From Octopus sinensis (Eukaryota), in NCBI RefSeq assembly GCF_006345805.1, contig NC_043014.1:13764001-13828000 (forward strand): a stretch of 64,000 nucleotides of DNA, given 5' to 3'. Made by a program: the position numbers and the translations under genes. Below the pieces are notes generated by a model. The model was not told the origin of the DNA. It made no database searches and was given only the letters and a program-made list of their open reading frames with translations. Positions 1-12,189 of this stretch are shown piece by piece. Within the stretch, counting starts at the first letter, position 1; the number at the start of each line of letters is the position of its first letter.

Positions 1-160
1 CGATATTTCTAATGAATTTAAGAACTCAACTGGATCTATAGAAATGCATGTTCCTAATCTAATTTCTATTTTGTTAAGTCATTGCCTATTAATAGCATCA
101 ACATCCCCATTTTTAGCAGCTAAAATTATTCTTTCTGATATCCATTTCGTATATATAATA

Positions 161-640
161 TATAATGAAATTATTGTATACAGTGCTCAGGTGCACCACA
201 ACTTGTCAGAAAGTGCGTATAAAGTGTATGCAGTAATGTACAAATGTCTGGAAAGCGAACAATGTATGAGTCAGATACATGCTTGCGTGTGTATGGAGGG
301 GAGAAAATCAGGTGTAGTGTTGGCGAATCTCAGAAAGCATGGAAGTTTTGAAGGGTGCAGTGCTCCGACAACTAACAACTGATGACGGCAGTTTGTTCCA
401 TGCTTCAGCAACTCTTAGCATGGAAAAATGTTTCCGAAAGTCATGGGCGCTGTGCTGTTTTCTGACTTTGTAAATATGCACATGGGTGTTAGACAGGTGG
501 AGTTTGAAAAGTTGCTCAGAGTTATTGTTTGTAAGATGGTTGATAATTTTATGGGTGTCTGCAATGTCCTCAAAAATAAATGTTTCCAAATCAATTTCAT
601 TTTCAACTCTATTTCCACTGGAAATAAATAATATCATGTG
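161..640 (-). mobile_element. CR1-clade LINE 3' fragment (ORF2 C-terminus plus 3' UTR)
   Basis: ORF 308-637: YKVRKQHSAHDFRKHFSMLRVAEAWNKLPSSVVSCRSTAPFK, a typical CR1 C-terminus. Its 3' UTR recurs at 37640-37725 (+). Confidence 0.85.
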
Positions 641-759
641 ATTGCCATCACTTAGGATCCTATTTTCTCCTACTTCTAACAGTGAATTTGCATAGGAGTG
701 TCATCACTAAAGCAAGGTCTATTGAATATTATTCAATTCTCAGAAAATATATATTGGCT

Positions 760-960
760 TCAAATTTTAGCACAAGGCCAATAATTTCGAGGGATGGGTC
801 AAGTTGATTACCTTGACCCCCAAGTGCTCAACTGGTACTTATGTTATTGACCTCGAAAGGATAAAAAAGCAAAGTCGACCCTGGTGAGATTTGAATTTAG
901 AACATAAAGACAGACAAAATGCCTAGTCCAGTGTAATAACGATTTTGCCAGCTTGCCACC
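760..960 (-). mobile_element. tRNA-derived SINE family B; other copies at about 16670-16860(-), 26630-26740(-), 36470-36575(-), 44010-44150(-), 44175-44345(+), 56865-57045(-), 62195-62320(+), 63625-63845(-)
   Basis: Head with A-box and B-box (GAGTTCAAAT..C), then a conserved GTCGACTTTGCCTTTCATCCTTTCGGGGTCGATAAAATAAGTACCAG-like domain seen in all copies. Confidence 0.8.
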
Positions 961-1019
961 TTTCTCAAAAAAAATAAATAATAATATAACCGTTTTGTAT
1001 GTGTGTGTGAGAGAGAGAA

Positions 1020-1150
1020 CTTTGCATCTCAACCATGTGGTCTTGAGTTCACTCCCACTGCATGGCATCTTTGGCAAGTATCTTTTACTACAGCCCCAGG
1101 CCAACCAAAGCCTTGTGAATGGATTTGGTAGATGGAAATTGAAAGCCTAC
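1020..1150 (+). mobile_element. SINE family A, head fragment
   Basis: Matches the head of the full copy at 11153-11550. Confidence 0.75.
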
Positions 1151-1182
1151 TATATATATATATATATAGATTAATCAGCCGA

Positions 1183-1310
1183 AATTGCGAGGATGATCCG
1201 GTTCGTGACTGAAGATTAGAGGCTTCAAATGACCTGTCCGTTTTTTGTATCGTCTATTTGAATGTTTTGCATTCTTGTTCCATTTTGTATTTTTATATAT
1301 ATTTTTTATA
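1183..1310. repeat. Unclassified dispersed repeat; longer inverted copy at 49670-49925
   Basis: aatcagccgaaattgcgaggatgatccgg...gaggcttcaaatgacc is the reverse complement of 49685-49745. Both copies abut (TA)n. Confidence 0.7.
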
Positions 1311-1479
1311 CATATATATATATTTGCATATGTTTGTGTGCACCATTCTCTTGATATCATGTGATAATTGTAAACACAGATGGACTTCCTGTGATATTGT
1401 GTGTGTGTCTCAATATAGTCCCGTCCTGTGCAGTACTGTGTCACACAGGAAGTTATGAGTTAAGAGATTACAAGCAGTA

Positions 1480-3400
1480 GTTAAAAGATATCAGCAGAGA
1501 AGTAGGTCTGTTGACACCTCACAAGCAGCTGATACAGGATTTTACTTCAACTAGGTGTGACTTGAGGAAACGACTGTGTCCATGGTTTTCATAAATGCCA
1601 CTAACACTGATGCTACTAAAGTTCTACTTTCCTGAAGGAAAAGTTGGATGGATCAAGTGTAGCATTTTATGAAGACCCTTGGGAGCTAGACACAACGTGG
1701 ATGATGAGAGGAAGAGAAACAAATTGATCAGGAGTGCTTGAGTGAATGTGGTACAAGGCCAGACAGCTCTGAAGATTATAGGCCATTATAGTTGCAGTAT
1801 AAATAACAGAGAGAGAAGAAAGCCTGTCTGTGAAGTAGAGGATAGAGCATGACTATAAGTATTTTATACTGAGTGGCCTTTCTCTGGATATAGTCTAGTA
1901 TGTTGGTGTCTGTAGCAGCAGCACTGTCCTAGATTGTGGACATCACCTGAGCTTTGTGGATTGTCACAAAGTTATTAGAGGCTGAAAAGCCAGTTTGGGA
2001 TGAAATCCTAGGTATGATAAGGATAGGCTTTTGCCAAGAGAGATCCCCAATAATGAAACATCTGTGTGGTTTTTTTAGTAGCATGTGGCTGCTTTATGTA
2101 GAGTTTGGTAGGATGATATTTTGTTGAGATCATGTTGCATGGTTCCACTAGAGAATAATTTCAAGGATTGGCATGTGGTGTCTAGGTTGTGTGTGGATGA
2201 TAAGTAGTTGAGGAAGGTTAGGGAAGAATAAAGAGTAGCATCTGCATAAGAGATAAACCAGCGCTAAAGTGAGAAGCTATAACAGTTGCAAAAGAGACCG
2301 GGTAATGCTATTACGGAAACAAGGCAGTATTATGGAAACAAGTGCAGACAACGTAGTATTACAATGAAGATGGGACAAAGTTACAAAAGGAGACAGGTTA
2401 GTGCAAGCAAATGGTTCTATTAAAGTAGGCTTTGTTAGATATGGCAAGTAGGTAATTGAGGTATAAAAGAAGTTAGGGAACAAACAAGTCCTGAAGAACA
2501 CCAGAGTTTATAGAGTGTGGAACAGAAAGAGCTATGTCAACACACTGTGATAGTGCGATCTGACAGGAAGCTATGAATTTAAGAGAAGAAAGGTAAAGAG
2601 AGTTCATAGGCAGACAGTTTCATAAGAAATTTGTATGCAAGATTTAGATGAAGGTTTTACTTTCTCAAGGAGGGCAACAGCATAGCTTTCATCAAAAGGT
2701 GGACGTTGAAAGCCCACTGGTAGTCATTAAAGAGAGTCAGAGAGAGATGTCTGAGAATATCATTGTTAATGGCTGTCTTCATTACCTTTGAGATGTTCCA
2801 AGGACAAATAGTGAAAATGAGTGAAACAGGATGATAATTAGCAGGACCTGAGGTGGTGTTTTTCTTGGGTATGAGACACATTTCAGTACATTTCCAAAGA
2901 TCAGAGCCTGTCCCTGTAGAGAATTAAAGATTGAAGAGATTGGTGAGCATGGAAAGGATAACTGTCCAGACCAGTGGTCTTGTTGATTTCAAGAGACTGA
3001 AGGTACTTTAGTACTTGGCATCTGTGAACCTAGTGGAGAGGTATGGAACAGATTTGGAGGATATTTGCCAAGTGGGTGCCATGTAAAGTTGAATGTAAAG
3101 TAAGCAGCAAAGATAGAGGCTTTCTCTGTGTGTTGGTGGGGAGTATTACCTACATTACTGTTGGGAAAAGGAAGAAAAGAGAAGCCTGCAAATTTGGTGG
3201 AGATTCTTTTGGCAAGGAACAAAAGGACTGGTTGCAGTTTGGGAAATGGGGATAGTTTGAGGGCTGTGCAGCGCATGAAGGTAACTTTCGTGGATCAAAT
3301 CATGATCTTGCAGAAGTTGCATTACTGGATAAACATTACTCAGTTTGGGGAGGGTGCAAGTTTCTCCAGGCTTTGTAAACTGAATTATAAGAGAAAAAAC
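1480..3400 (-). mobile_element. Degenerate L2/CR1-group LINE (RT region)
   Basis: Frameshifted RT remnants: IPKKNTTSGPANYHPVSL...SKVMKTAINNDILRHL; KRISTKF...EKASIFAAYF. Confidence 0.75.
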
Positions 3401-3441
3401 AAAAAATAATAATCAGAAATTTCACAAAACCAATGACTTAC

Positions 3442-3629
3442 CAGCTCTAATTCCTCGGTACTGAGGCTGGCTGAATTTATCCCATAATGATACAACAATA
3501 CAAGATATCCCAAGGACAAATATAAGTATGAGGTAAGCAATTTTAGGCTCTAAACGGCAATAAAAACTATAATAAAGCCAAGGTACGAATGACCCCATAG
3601 TGAGGAGAGCAATTCCACAATAGTCCAAT
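3442..3629 (-). CDS. ADIPOR: Adiponectin receptor coding exon 4 (TM3-TM4); gene continues beyond the left edge
   Basis: ctattttcag|A acceptor (phase 2, completing Lys). Encodes LDYCGIALLTMGSFVPWLYYSFYC...WDKFSQPQYRGIRAG. Donor G|GTAAGT, phase 1. No further ADIPOR exon found in 1-3441. Confidence 0.97.
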
Positions 3630-3842
3630 CTGAAAATAGAAATAATCATCATTATAAATTGTTTCAAAAGCCAGAAATTTTGAGGGGAAGGGAAGTTGAT
3701 TACATCAACACTTGTGTTTAAATGATATTTGAATAACAACAAATAAGAATTAGTGAAACCCAAATTCAGGAAATCAGAAACTATAGCTGCAGTAATATGC
3801 ATCCCAACTGATATCACGTATACAGAGAATGTTTTATATAAT

Positions 3843-4239
3843 ACTAGCAGTATCGCCCGGCGTTGCTCAGGTTTGTAAGGGAAATAACTATAAAGCATTT
3901 TTAGAGAGTTATAGCCAAATAATAGCCAAAAAAATAGCAAAAAAATGGAAGAAAATGATGGTAAATTTTTTTTTTAGTTAAAAAAGGTGGAGTTGCGTCC
4001 CCTAGACAGTTTGCGGTTTGTGTTTCTGATTGTCGACCCCATGTCGAATTTATCGATTTTTTTCAGAACTGGGGGAACTTTTCAAAATTTTCGCTGCGTT
4101 AGTTTTGAATTATGACATTGGGCTATGTGTGTGTCAAGTTTCATCAGAATCGGTTGAAAGCCGTGGTCAGGGTGAGGGTACAAGCAAACAGACACACAGA
4201 AACACGCACAGACAAACTGCCGTTTATATAGAGAGAGAT
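3843..4239 (+). mobile_element. Helentron/DINE-like non-autonomous element
   Basis: ACTAG start with a CCCGGCGTTGCTC subterminal motif, CAAGTTTCATCAGAATCGG block, ACAGACA microsatellite and TTTATATAGAG end; CpG-rich relative to flanks. Confidence 0.6.
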
Positions 4240-4519
4240 TACACATCAATGAAAATCATAATCAAGTATTTTGATGTTTCTGATAAATTGAAGTAACAAC
4301 ATGGGTTTTATTTTAGACCATTTCACTTATGTTGCTTCCTATTAATACTTTTGAAAAAGCATGAATTTTGCACAAACTCATTTATCCTCTATAAAATTGG
4401 AGCTTGGCAGTAATTTAAAAAAAAAAACAAAATAAAAACATTATAACTGATTTAAGATGAAAAACTGAGACAGTTGCTTCATCAAAGTTTTTTTTTTTAT
4501 CTACATATGTATATTATAG

Positions 4520-4830
4520 TTCATCATCGTCTTACATCTGTTTTCCATGCTAGCATGGGTTGGACAGTTTGACCGGGGTCTGGGAAGCTAGGAGGCCGCA
4601 CCAGGCTTCAGTCTGATCTGGCAGTGTTTCTATAGCTGGATGCCCTTCCTAATGCCAACCACTCCGTGAATGTAGTGGGTGATTTTTACGTGCAACCAGC
4701 ACAGGTGCCAAGGGAGGCTGGCAACGGCCACGATCGGTTTGTGCATTTTACGTGCCACCGGCACGGAAGCCAGTCAAGGTGGCACGGGCATCGGCCACAT
4801 TTGGATGGTGCTTTTTATGTGCCACCGGTA
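4520..4830 (-). mobile_element. RTE LINE 3' UTR fragment; other copies at about 10880-11150(+), 14285-14680(+), 33715-33895(-), 34180-34435(-), 36578-36920(-), 43630-43970(-), 44505-44800(-), 45865-46020(-), 46230-46860(+)
   Basis: Shares GGAAGGGCATCCAGCTGTAGAAA...CCCATGCTAGCATGGAAAACGGACGTTAAA(CGAT/GAT)n with the ORF-bearing RTE at 28372-29270. Confidence 0.85.
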
Positions 4831-4859
4831 CAGGTGTGTAAACATATATCTATACAGGC

Positions 4860-5140
4860 AGATGGCCTAATTGTTAAGGTGTTGCACTAATGATCACGGT
4901 GCTTTGATTCAACTCCCAGACCAGGAGGTGCATGGTATTCTTGAGCAAGAACACTTCATTTCACATTGCAACAGTCCACTCAGCTGTAAATGGACAACCC
5001 TATGACAGACTGGCATTCTGTCCAGGAAGAGAGATGTTGTGCTTTTGATCACTTATTCACCATAGGCCTGCCGGCCTAACCAGCAGGGTGACATTGTTTG
5101 AAAGCTGCAACCATACAAGGAAGAGTAGTGACCAGCCATG
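4860..5140 (+). mobile_element. tRNA-derived SINE family C; other copies at about 6740-7050(-), 10230-10445(-), 13990-14250(-), 58975-59165(-)
   Basis: Shared TTGAGCAAGA(A/C)ACTTCATTTCACATTGC..CAGT.CACTCAGCTG and GACTGGCGTCCCGTCCAG blocks. Confidence 0.7.
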
Positions 5141-5329
5141 CATAACAACATCTGACAGTCTGGTTGATACACAAACACACACAAGTTTGTACCACTCCTA
5201 CTGATTCACAAATGAAGCACAAGCCATCAAGAGAACTTCTATATGAATGCTTGAACCAGCAGCAAATATCCTTAATACAACACACTACCTTAAAATAAAA
5301 CTACAACAGATTAGATAATATAGCCCTAA

Positions 5330-5460
5330 CTACATGGTTTCGGGTTCAGTCCCACTACGTGGCACTTTGGGTAGGTGTCTTCCACTATAGCCCCGAGCCG
5401 ACCGGAGCTTTGTGATTGAATTCGGTAGGTGGAAGTTACTGCCGTGTGTGTATGTGTGCG
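5330..5460 (+). mobile_element. SINE family A, head fragment
   Basis: GGTTCAGTCCCACTACGTGGCACTTTGGGTAGGTGTCTTCCACTATAGCC. Confidence 0.75.
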
Positions 5461-7166
5461 TATAGCTGCTCAGTGCCTCTCCGAAAGAGAGAGAGGGTAT
5501 ACATATATACTCTGACTGTAAAAATAAAAAATATGGTAACAACTGTAACACATATAATCATAGACTTGCACAATAACGTCTGTCCTAGGGTTAAACAAAG
5601 ACAATAAAACTTGCAAATGAAGTACAAGCATCTTCTTATATCTGCAGCTGAAAATATGCTATTGGTAGACAAAAAAAAATTAACAGTTTTATGCAGTAGA
5701 GCACTGTTAATTGGTAGATGTTTTATTAATGTACAGTTTTATGTACCACAGGCATAGTTCAGAGAGATGCACCAATTGTTACACCATAGACTAACAAAAT
5801 CTGCAGTGGTTGCTCCGACAAAACAGATCTGTCAACCTACCTTATCTAGTGATGACATTTAAAGCTGTTTACAACAGTAGAAGGTTAAGCTAGCTCAAAT
5901 AAAAGATTCTGAAACTGGTGTCAATTATCTCTCTATATAAATGTTAGCTGTAACAACTGACATGTATTAACATTGAAAATACAAAAAACTAAAAAAAACA
6001 AAAAAAACTACTTGGGTGATTCTGGCATGAAGAGCTTTCAAGTTGTGTGACAGTGAGGTGACAAGTAGGTCATCACAGCAAATATTCCCATGGAGTGAGT
6101 TGCATAAGTTTACCTTTCCCCCAAGGCCTATAATAGTAGGCTAATAAGCTGGGGTACCAGCTGGAGAGCTTGGTTTCACTGAGAAAGCTTATCAAAAAAT
6201 GATATTAGCTTATGGAAAATGGGGAAGAATGGAAGATATAAAATGTGAGAACCCCTTGTTTCTTACAGAAAGGTAATAATTTACCAATAATTGCATGAGT
6301 AAATACATGATTACATGCAAGATGATTTTTCAGCATATAAGATGAATTTTTTAAGCCAAAATTAACAGCCATAAAAGATAGGTCATCTTATACACCAGAC
6401 AACTTTGGAAGGCCAATTCCATGTAAAATGCAGCTGGATTTGTAGAGATAGTGATGATTTTTAAATGCCTACATTATATACTATATCAACTTGTATGTTG
6501 GAAAATACAATGTAACAAGAACAACTTCTACAGAATTGTACACACACATTATCTTGTCCGTTTGTAATATAGGACTACCTTTTCCAGTTTGTCCTTCCCT
6601 AATTCATGATGGCACAATGTGATTTCAGAGAGATTTGGCTGCAGTATGTAGCAAATTGAATGTAGTGCAAAGACCATTCCTTGTTGGCTCAAAGAAATTT
6701 TGTTGTATAACTCTTGAGACCCCTTTTGGTCACGACACAGACCATGGGATTGCACCTAGAAAGTTATCCTCCCAGACGCAAGTTTAGGCAAGGTTGTTTA
6801 TGGAAGATCAGCAGTCGCCCATGCATACCGACCTCCCCTCTCCATGCCACCGTGTTATCCAAGGGAAAGGCAAAGGCTGATATAGCTTGGCACCTGCTAC
6901 GTTGCAACTTATTTCTACAGCTGAGTGAACTGGAGCAATGCGAAAAAAAGTGTCTTGCTCAAGAACATAACATGCAGCCTGGTCCGGGATTCGAGCTCAC
7001 AACCTCACGATCATAAGCTTGACGCTCTAACCACTGAGTCATGCGCCTTCACATAGTGCATAACTCTAGCTCAGTCATAATCAAACAGCACCATGATGAC
7101 AGGTATTCCAACCATGGCATCTGTATATTGAGAAGTTGTACATTGTTCAATGCAGTCTTTATTTAA

Positions 7167-7392
7167 CTCTTTAGTGTTTAAACTGACCATATCCAGCTTA
7201 AATATTCCAGCTTTTTTTATTATGCTTAATCTGGTAAGATTCAGCCTCTTACACTTACCCAACAATGTCATTCTAAAACTGAACAAACAAACCATTGAAA
7301 TCTTAAAGCTACAAGATAATGCATGATCAATTCAAAAGAAGGTGAATAAATAAGTATTACATATGACATAGTAAATCTGAATGCTAAAGGGG
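7167..7392. mobile_element. piggyBac-like MITE family 1 (~225 bp); other copies at about 8165-8375, 18737-18959, 33895-34086, 53769-54143, 58590-58809
   Basis: TTAA-CCCTTTAG(C/T)...CTAAAGGG-TTAA termini; cleanest copy is 18737-18959, with TTAA on both sides. Confidence 0.8.
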
Positions 7393-8510
7393 TTAAGATT
7401 GTATAGTCTGATTTGAAAGACTTTTGACTGTTATTTTTAACAAGATGTGTGAACATCTATCAGCTGTCTGTTGATAAAATTATCTGCCAATGAACAATTC
7501 TTGTTCTCCCTCTCTCTCTTCTTATGTCCTACACTTCTTATTTCATATATTCAGAAGACATGGTGGAACTAACAGTCTAGTAAGCCCATTACTTTATTGA
7601 AGTGGTAGTCACCTTTAGAGTTGGCATGAGTTTTGATGAATTCAGGGAAGGTGATAGAAGGTGAGGGTTTTTCTCCCTTTCTACATATGTGCCAACACCA
7701 TAGTATTTTTTATTATTATTAGATGTACACAATAGTGGAGCCATATGTCATCAATTAAGCTAAGCAACAATGAGTTAGATATAATCATTACAGAGATGTT
7801 TATGTCATCTTTGTCACACGTGTAAAGTCATTAATACTATTACATACACAATAGTGTGTGCCATGTGTTATAAATGAAGTGAAATAACAAATGTTGCCAT
7901 GCATACGTTATACAATATACACGATTGATTGAAGCTCAATTTATGTCATCCCTTGTCACACCAGTAATCTTTGAATGCTTGTTCATAGTTTACAAGTCCT
8001 TCAATTCAATACAAACCCTTCACAGGCATTCGATGTCAAGCAAATTCTCTCCAAAGTATATTTTTGGATACCTGTAAAGACTTGGAAACAGTTTACATCC
8101 AAGCAATGCTTTCTAAAGCTAATCTCTTACCAAATTAGAGATAGCATCACTAAATATTAGGTTTAATGAGACACGATATCCGGCCAAAAGTATTCTGCCT
8201 GTTTTATGTTCAAACTGGCCAGATCTGGTCTCTCACACCAACCCTATAATATCATTTTAAAAATTAACAGCTACCTCATCAAAATCTCATAACTACAAGA
8301 TTAATGAATGATTAGTTCAAAACAATGTGGAGTAAAAAGGATTTATTTTGGCAGAATAATGCAAACACTAAAGGGTTAAGCCCAGTAGCAGAATCTGAAA
8401 GAATGACTATTTTAGATTCAATAATTAACAAGAGCTAGGGTGTACTCATACATCTAATGACAACTACAAGAGAAGATAATTAAATCAAGTATATATATAT
8501 CTATACTCAC

Positions 8511-8691
8511 TTGTTGAAAAATTTACCGACTCTTTCTGAATGACAGTAGACTGTATGGAAGATCCAGGAGAAGCCCAGACATAAGATTGCACCAGCGAAA
8601 AATGCTGAGAATACAGCCTTTTCTTGCCACTGTATTTCTACGGAGGGTCGTGTAAGGAAATAGATTGCAACACCTATAAATGCTATGAAAC
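8511..8691 (-). CDS. ADIPOR: Adiponectin receptor coding exon 3 (TM1-TM2)
   Basis: tttctttccag|GT acceptor (phase 1). Encodes FIAFIGVAIYFLTRP...WQEKAVFSAFFAGAILCLGFSWIFHTVYCHSERVGKFFNK. Donor AA|GTGAGT, phase 2. Confidence 0.97.
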
Positions 8692-8774
8692 CTGGAAAGA
8701 AACCAAAATTAAAATCAAATAAAAAAAGAAATGAATTGCAAATTATATACATATATACATGGTTCATATATACA

Positions 8775-9135
8775 TGTGTGGTAAGAAGTTTGCTTTCTAA
8801 CCACATGATTCCAGGTTCAGTCCCACTCTGTGACAGCTAGGGCAATTGTCAACTACTATAGCTTTGAGCTGACCAAAGACTTGTGAGTGAATTTGGTAGG
8901 TGGAAACTGAAAGAAGCCTATTGTATGTGTATGTGTTTGTTCCCATTTGTCCCCCAGCACTGCTTGTCAATCGGTGTTGGTGTGTTTACATCTTCATAAA
9001 TTAATAATTCAACATAAGAGACTGATAAAATAAATATCAAGCTTTGAAAAAAAAATATGTACTGGGGTCAATGCATTTGACTAAAATTCCAGGCAGTGCT
9101 CCTGTATGGCCTCAGTCTAAAGACTGAAACAAGTA
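8775..9135 (+). mobile_element. SINE family A, CR1-type tail
   Basis: Head, internal (TG)n and GGCAGTGCTCCTGTATGGCCTCAGTCTAAAGACTGAAAC tail. Confidence 0.8.
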
Positions 9136-9484
9136 ACAGAATGTGTTTGGGTGTATGTGTTAATGTGACACATTTGAATGTACAAGACAAAAGGCAAAAG
9201 TACTCAACAGAATGTAAGTATTTATTAGAGTGCTTGGAATACTGTCACTGCTTTAAATTTTGAAAATCCTCAATGGTCATGTAACTAAAGGCTAGAGTAC
9301 AAAGCACAGTGGTGTATATGATAAATATACTGGAAATGAGTACTGTATACACCAGAGCAAAGTGGGTAGTCTTTATGAAAAATTATAATAATTAAGGCAA
9401 ATGCATCTCTAGCATAAGAAAAAGGGACGTAGAAACAATAGAAATAAAAAGAAGAAAAGAGATTAAAACAAAAAGAAAATGAAT

Positions 9485-9885
9485 ATGGCTGTGTGGTAAG
9501 TAGTTTGTTTATGAACCACATGGTTCCGGGTTCAGTCCCACTGCATGGCACCTTGGGCAAGTGTCTTCTACTATAGCCTCGGGCTGACCAAAGCCTTGTG
9601 AGTGGATTTGGTAGATAGAAATTGAAAGAAGCCCGTCATATATATGTATGTATGTGTGTGTGTGTGTGTATATGTTTGTGTGTTTGTGTTTGTCCCCTCA
9701 ACATTGCTAGACAACCGATGCCGGTGTGTTTACGTCCCCATAACTTAGCAGTTCAGCAAAAGAGACCAATAGAATAAGTACTAGGCTTACAAAGAATAAG
9801 TCCTGGGATCGATTTGCTTGACTAAAGGCAGTGCTCCAGCATGGCCACAGTCAAATGACTGAAACAAGTAAAAGAGTAAAAGAGT
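9485..9885 (+). mobile_element. SINE family A, full length, CR1-type tail
   Basis: A-box TGGCTGTGTGGT, B-box GGTTCAGTCCC, internal microsatellite, tail ...CAGTCAAATGACTGAAACAAGTAAAAGAG. Confidence 0.9.
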
Positions 9886-9934
9886 GTTATATGTGTGTGT
9901 GCCTGAAGAGTAATTAATGTTTTGGTTCAGACAT

Positions 9935-10210
9935 GACTGTGTGGTTGAGAAGCTTGCTTCCTAACCATGTGGTCTTGGGTTCAATCCCACTGTGTGGCAC
10001 ATTAGCTAATGTTTTCTACTCTAGCCCAGGATGACCAAAACCTTGTGAGGGGATCTAGTAGAAGGCAGCCCATTGTTTGTTTGTATGTATGTATGTATGC
10101 ATGCGTGTGTGGTGCGTGTATGTATACCCTTGTGTAGGGATCATATACCCCAACAAAAAATCTGTCTGATTCATGCAAGCATGGAAAAGTGGATGTTAAG
10201 TGATGGTAAT
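9935..10210 (+). mobile_element. SINE family A, RTE-type tail
   Basis: Same head, ending CATGCAAGCATGGAAAAGTGGATGTTAAGTGATG. Confidence 0.7.
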
Positions 10211-10453
10211 TTAATATTAGGAGGTCAAAAGAAGCACAGAGAAGTCATCATAGTATATTTACTTATTAATGCGCCCTTTTCAAGCCTAGCCAGGTTCATA
10301 GGCCAGGTTTCCTGGTTTCTGTGGCGCATGTGTTCTCCCCAGCTGGACGGGACGCCAGTCCATCACAGCATTACTCAAGAAACAGGAAGAGAGAACAAGA
10401 GAAAGGTTGCCATGTAACTTGCAAGACCAAAGTACCCCCTTGACTGAGCAGGA

Positions 10454-10507
<54 letters not shown>

Positions 10508-10664
10508 CATATTCTCCCACACAGTAGTCCAACCCATGTCAGCATGGAACATATGGACATTAAATGATGATTACATATATGAAGAGCAATGTAGTACAGA
10601 AGTAGTATAATAGATAAAATGAGAAATAAGGAGAGCTTCCATTTCATCTATTATTCTACTTGAA

Positions 10665-10701
<37 letters not shown>

Positions 10702-10834
10702 AAGCCCATTGTGTGTGTACATATATGTGAGTGTGGGTGTGCATGCATGTACACACATAAGTGTCTATGGATTTGTTTATACCTGCACTTACTCATACAA
10801 GTGTTTATATGTGCACTCACTCATACAAGTGCTG

Positions 10835-10880
<46 letters not shown>

Positions 10881-11152
10881 TTCTGGTTGTGTAAAGCATT
10901 CATGGTGGTGCCACGTAAAAGCGTCTGTGCGACATCATGTAAAAGTGCCCCTGTGATGCCACATAAAAATGCCCGTACAGTGCTACATAAAAGCAGCCAG
11001 CACACTCTGTAAAGTGGTTTGCTTTAAGAAGGGCATTCAACTGTAGAAACCATTCCAAATCAGACTGGAGTTTGGTGCAGCTCCCTGGCTTACCAGCACT
11101 GGTCACACCGTCCAACCTATGTCAGCACGGACAATGGACGTTAAATGATGAT

Positions 11153-11550
11153 TGGCTGTGTGGTAAGTAGCTTGTTTACCAACCACATGGTTCTGGGTTC
11201 AGTCCCACTGTGTGGCACCTTGGGCAAGTGTCTTCTACTATAGCCTCGGGCCAACCAAAGCCTTGTGAGTGGATTTGGTAGACGGAAACTGAAAGAAGCC
11301 CGTCGTATATATGTATATATATATATGTGTGTGTGTATATGTTTGTGTATCTGTGTTTGTCCCCTAGCATTGCTTGACAACCGATGCTGGTGTGTTTATG
11401 TCCCCGTCACTTAGCGGTTCGGCAAAAAGAGACCGATAGAATAAGTACTGGGCTTACAAACGAATAAGTCCCGGGGTCGAGTTGCTCGATTAAAGGCGGT
11501 GCTCCAGCATGGCCGCAGTCAAATGACTGAAACAAGTAAAAGAGTAAAAG
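11153..11550 (+). mobile_element. SINE family A, full length, young (CpG-rich), CR1-type tail
   Basis: Complete head, microsatellite and tail GCGGTGCTCCAGCATGGCCGCAGTCAAATGACTGAAAC. Minus-strand copies at about 45130-45545, 57380-57700, 59185-59555, 60420-60830; plus-strand copies at 47325-47520, 49315-49665. Confidence 0.92.
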
Positions 11551-11649
11551 AATTCAGTATCACTGAGGTGCTTTTTACGTGTCACCAGCATCGACCATGG
11601 CTGCAATTTCACTTGGCTTCATGATATATCTGTCTGTATAGATGCAAGC

Positions 11650-12025
11650 ATGGCTGTACAGTTAAGAAGTTTGCTTACCAACCACATGGTACTTTAGACA
11701 TGTGTCTTTTGCTTTGGCCCAAAGCTGACTAAATCCTTGTGGTTGAATTTAGTAGATGAAAACTAAAAGAACTTGTGTGTGTGTGTGTGTGTATGCATAT
11801 TTGTCTCTTTGTTTTGGCATTACGTAACGGTTGTAAATGAAAGCCACTGTTGTACAATCAGTGTCCACCATTTCCAGTATTCCAGTAGTGTGTGAAAATA
11901 TATTTGATCATAGGGAAAACAGGTGAGGGCTGGCAACAGGAAGGGCATCCAGTCATAGAAAATCTGCCTCAATAAACTCTGACCCATGCAAACATGGAAA
12001 AGTGGACATTGGAACGATGATGACA
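11650..12025 (+). mobile_element. SINE family A, RTE-type tail
   Basis: Head, (TG)n, then CAGGAAGGGCATCCAGTCATAGAAAATCTGCC...CATGGAAAAGTGGACATTGGAACGATGATG. Confidence 0.8.
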
Positions 12026-12189
12026 CATGTGCTTGGAATCAATCTCCATTGATTTTTGACAATGGCAATTAAATTCAATCAAATGAATTAGCATAGTAAT
12101 ATTTTCCCATAGCTACATGGTTTTCATGGAAGACTGGAAAGAAACAACCCTGTGTGTAGGATGATGCTCATTTATAACCTGCTTGCGAT

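Noticed and set aside
3630-3940. 172-aa ORF 3422-3940 as one long exon
   Set aside because: Only 3442-3629 is ADIPOR-like and bounded by splice sites; the rest is intron read-through that includes a SINE tail.
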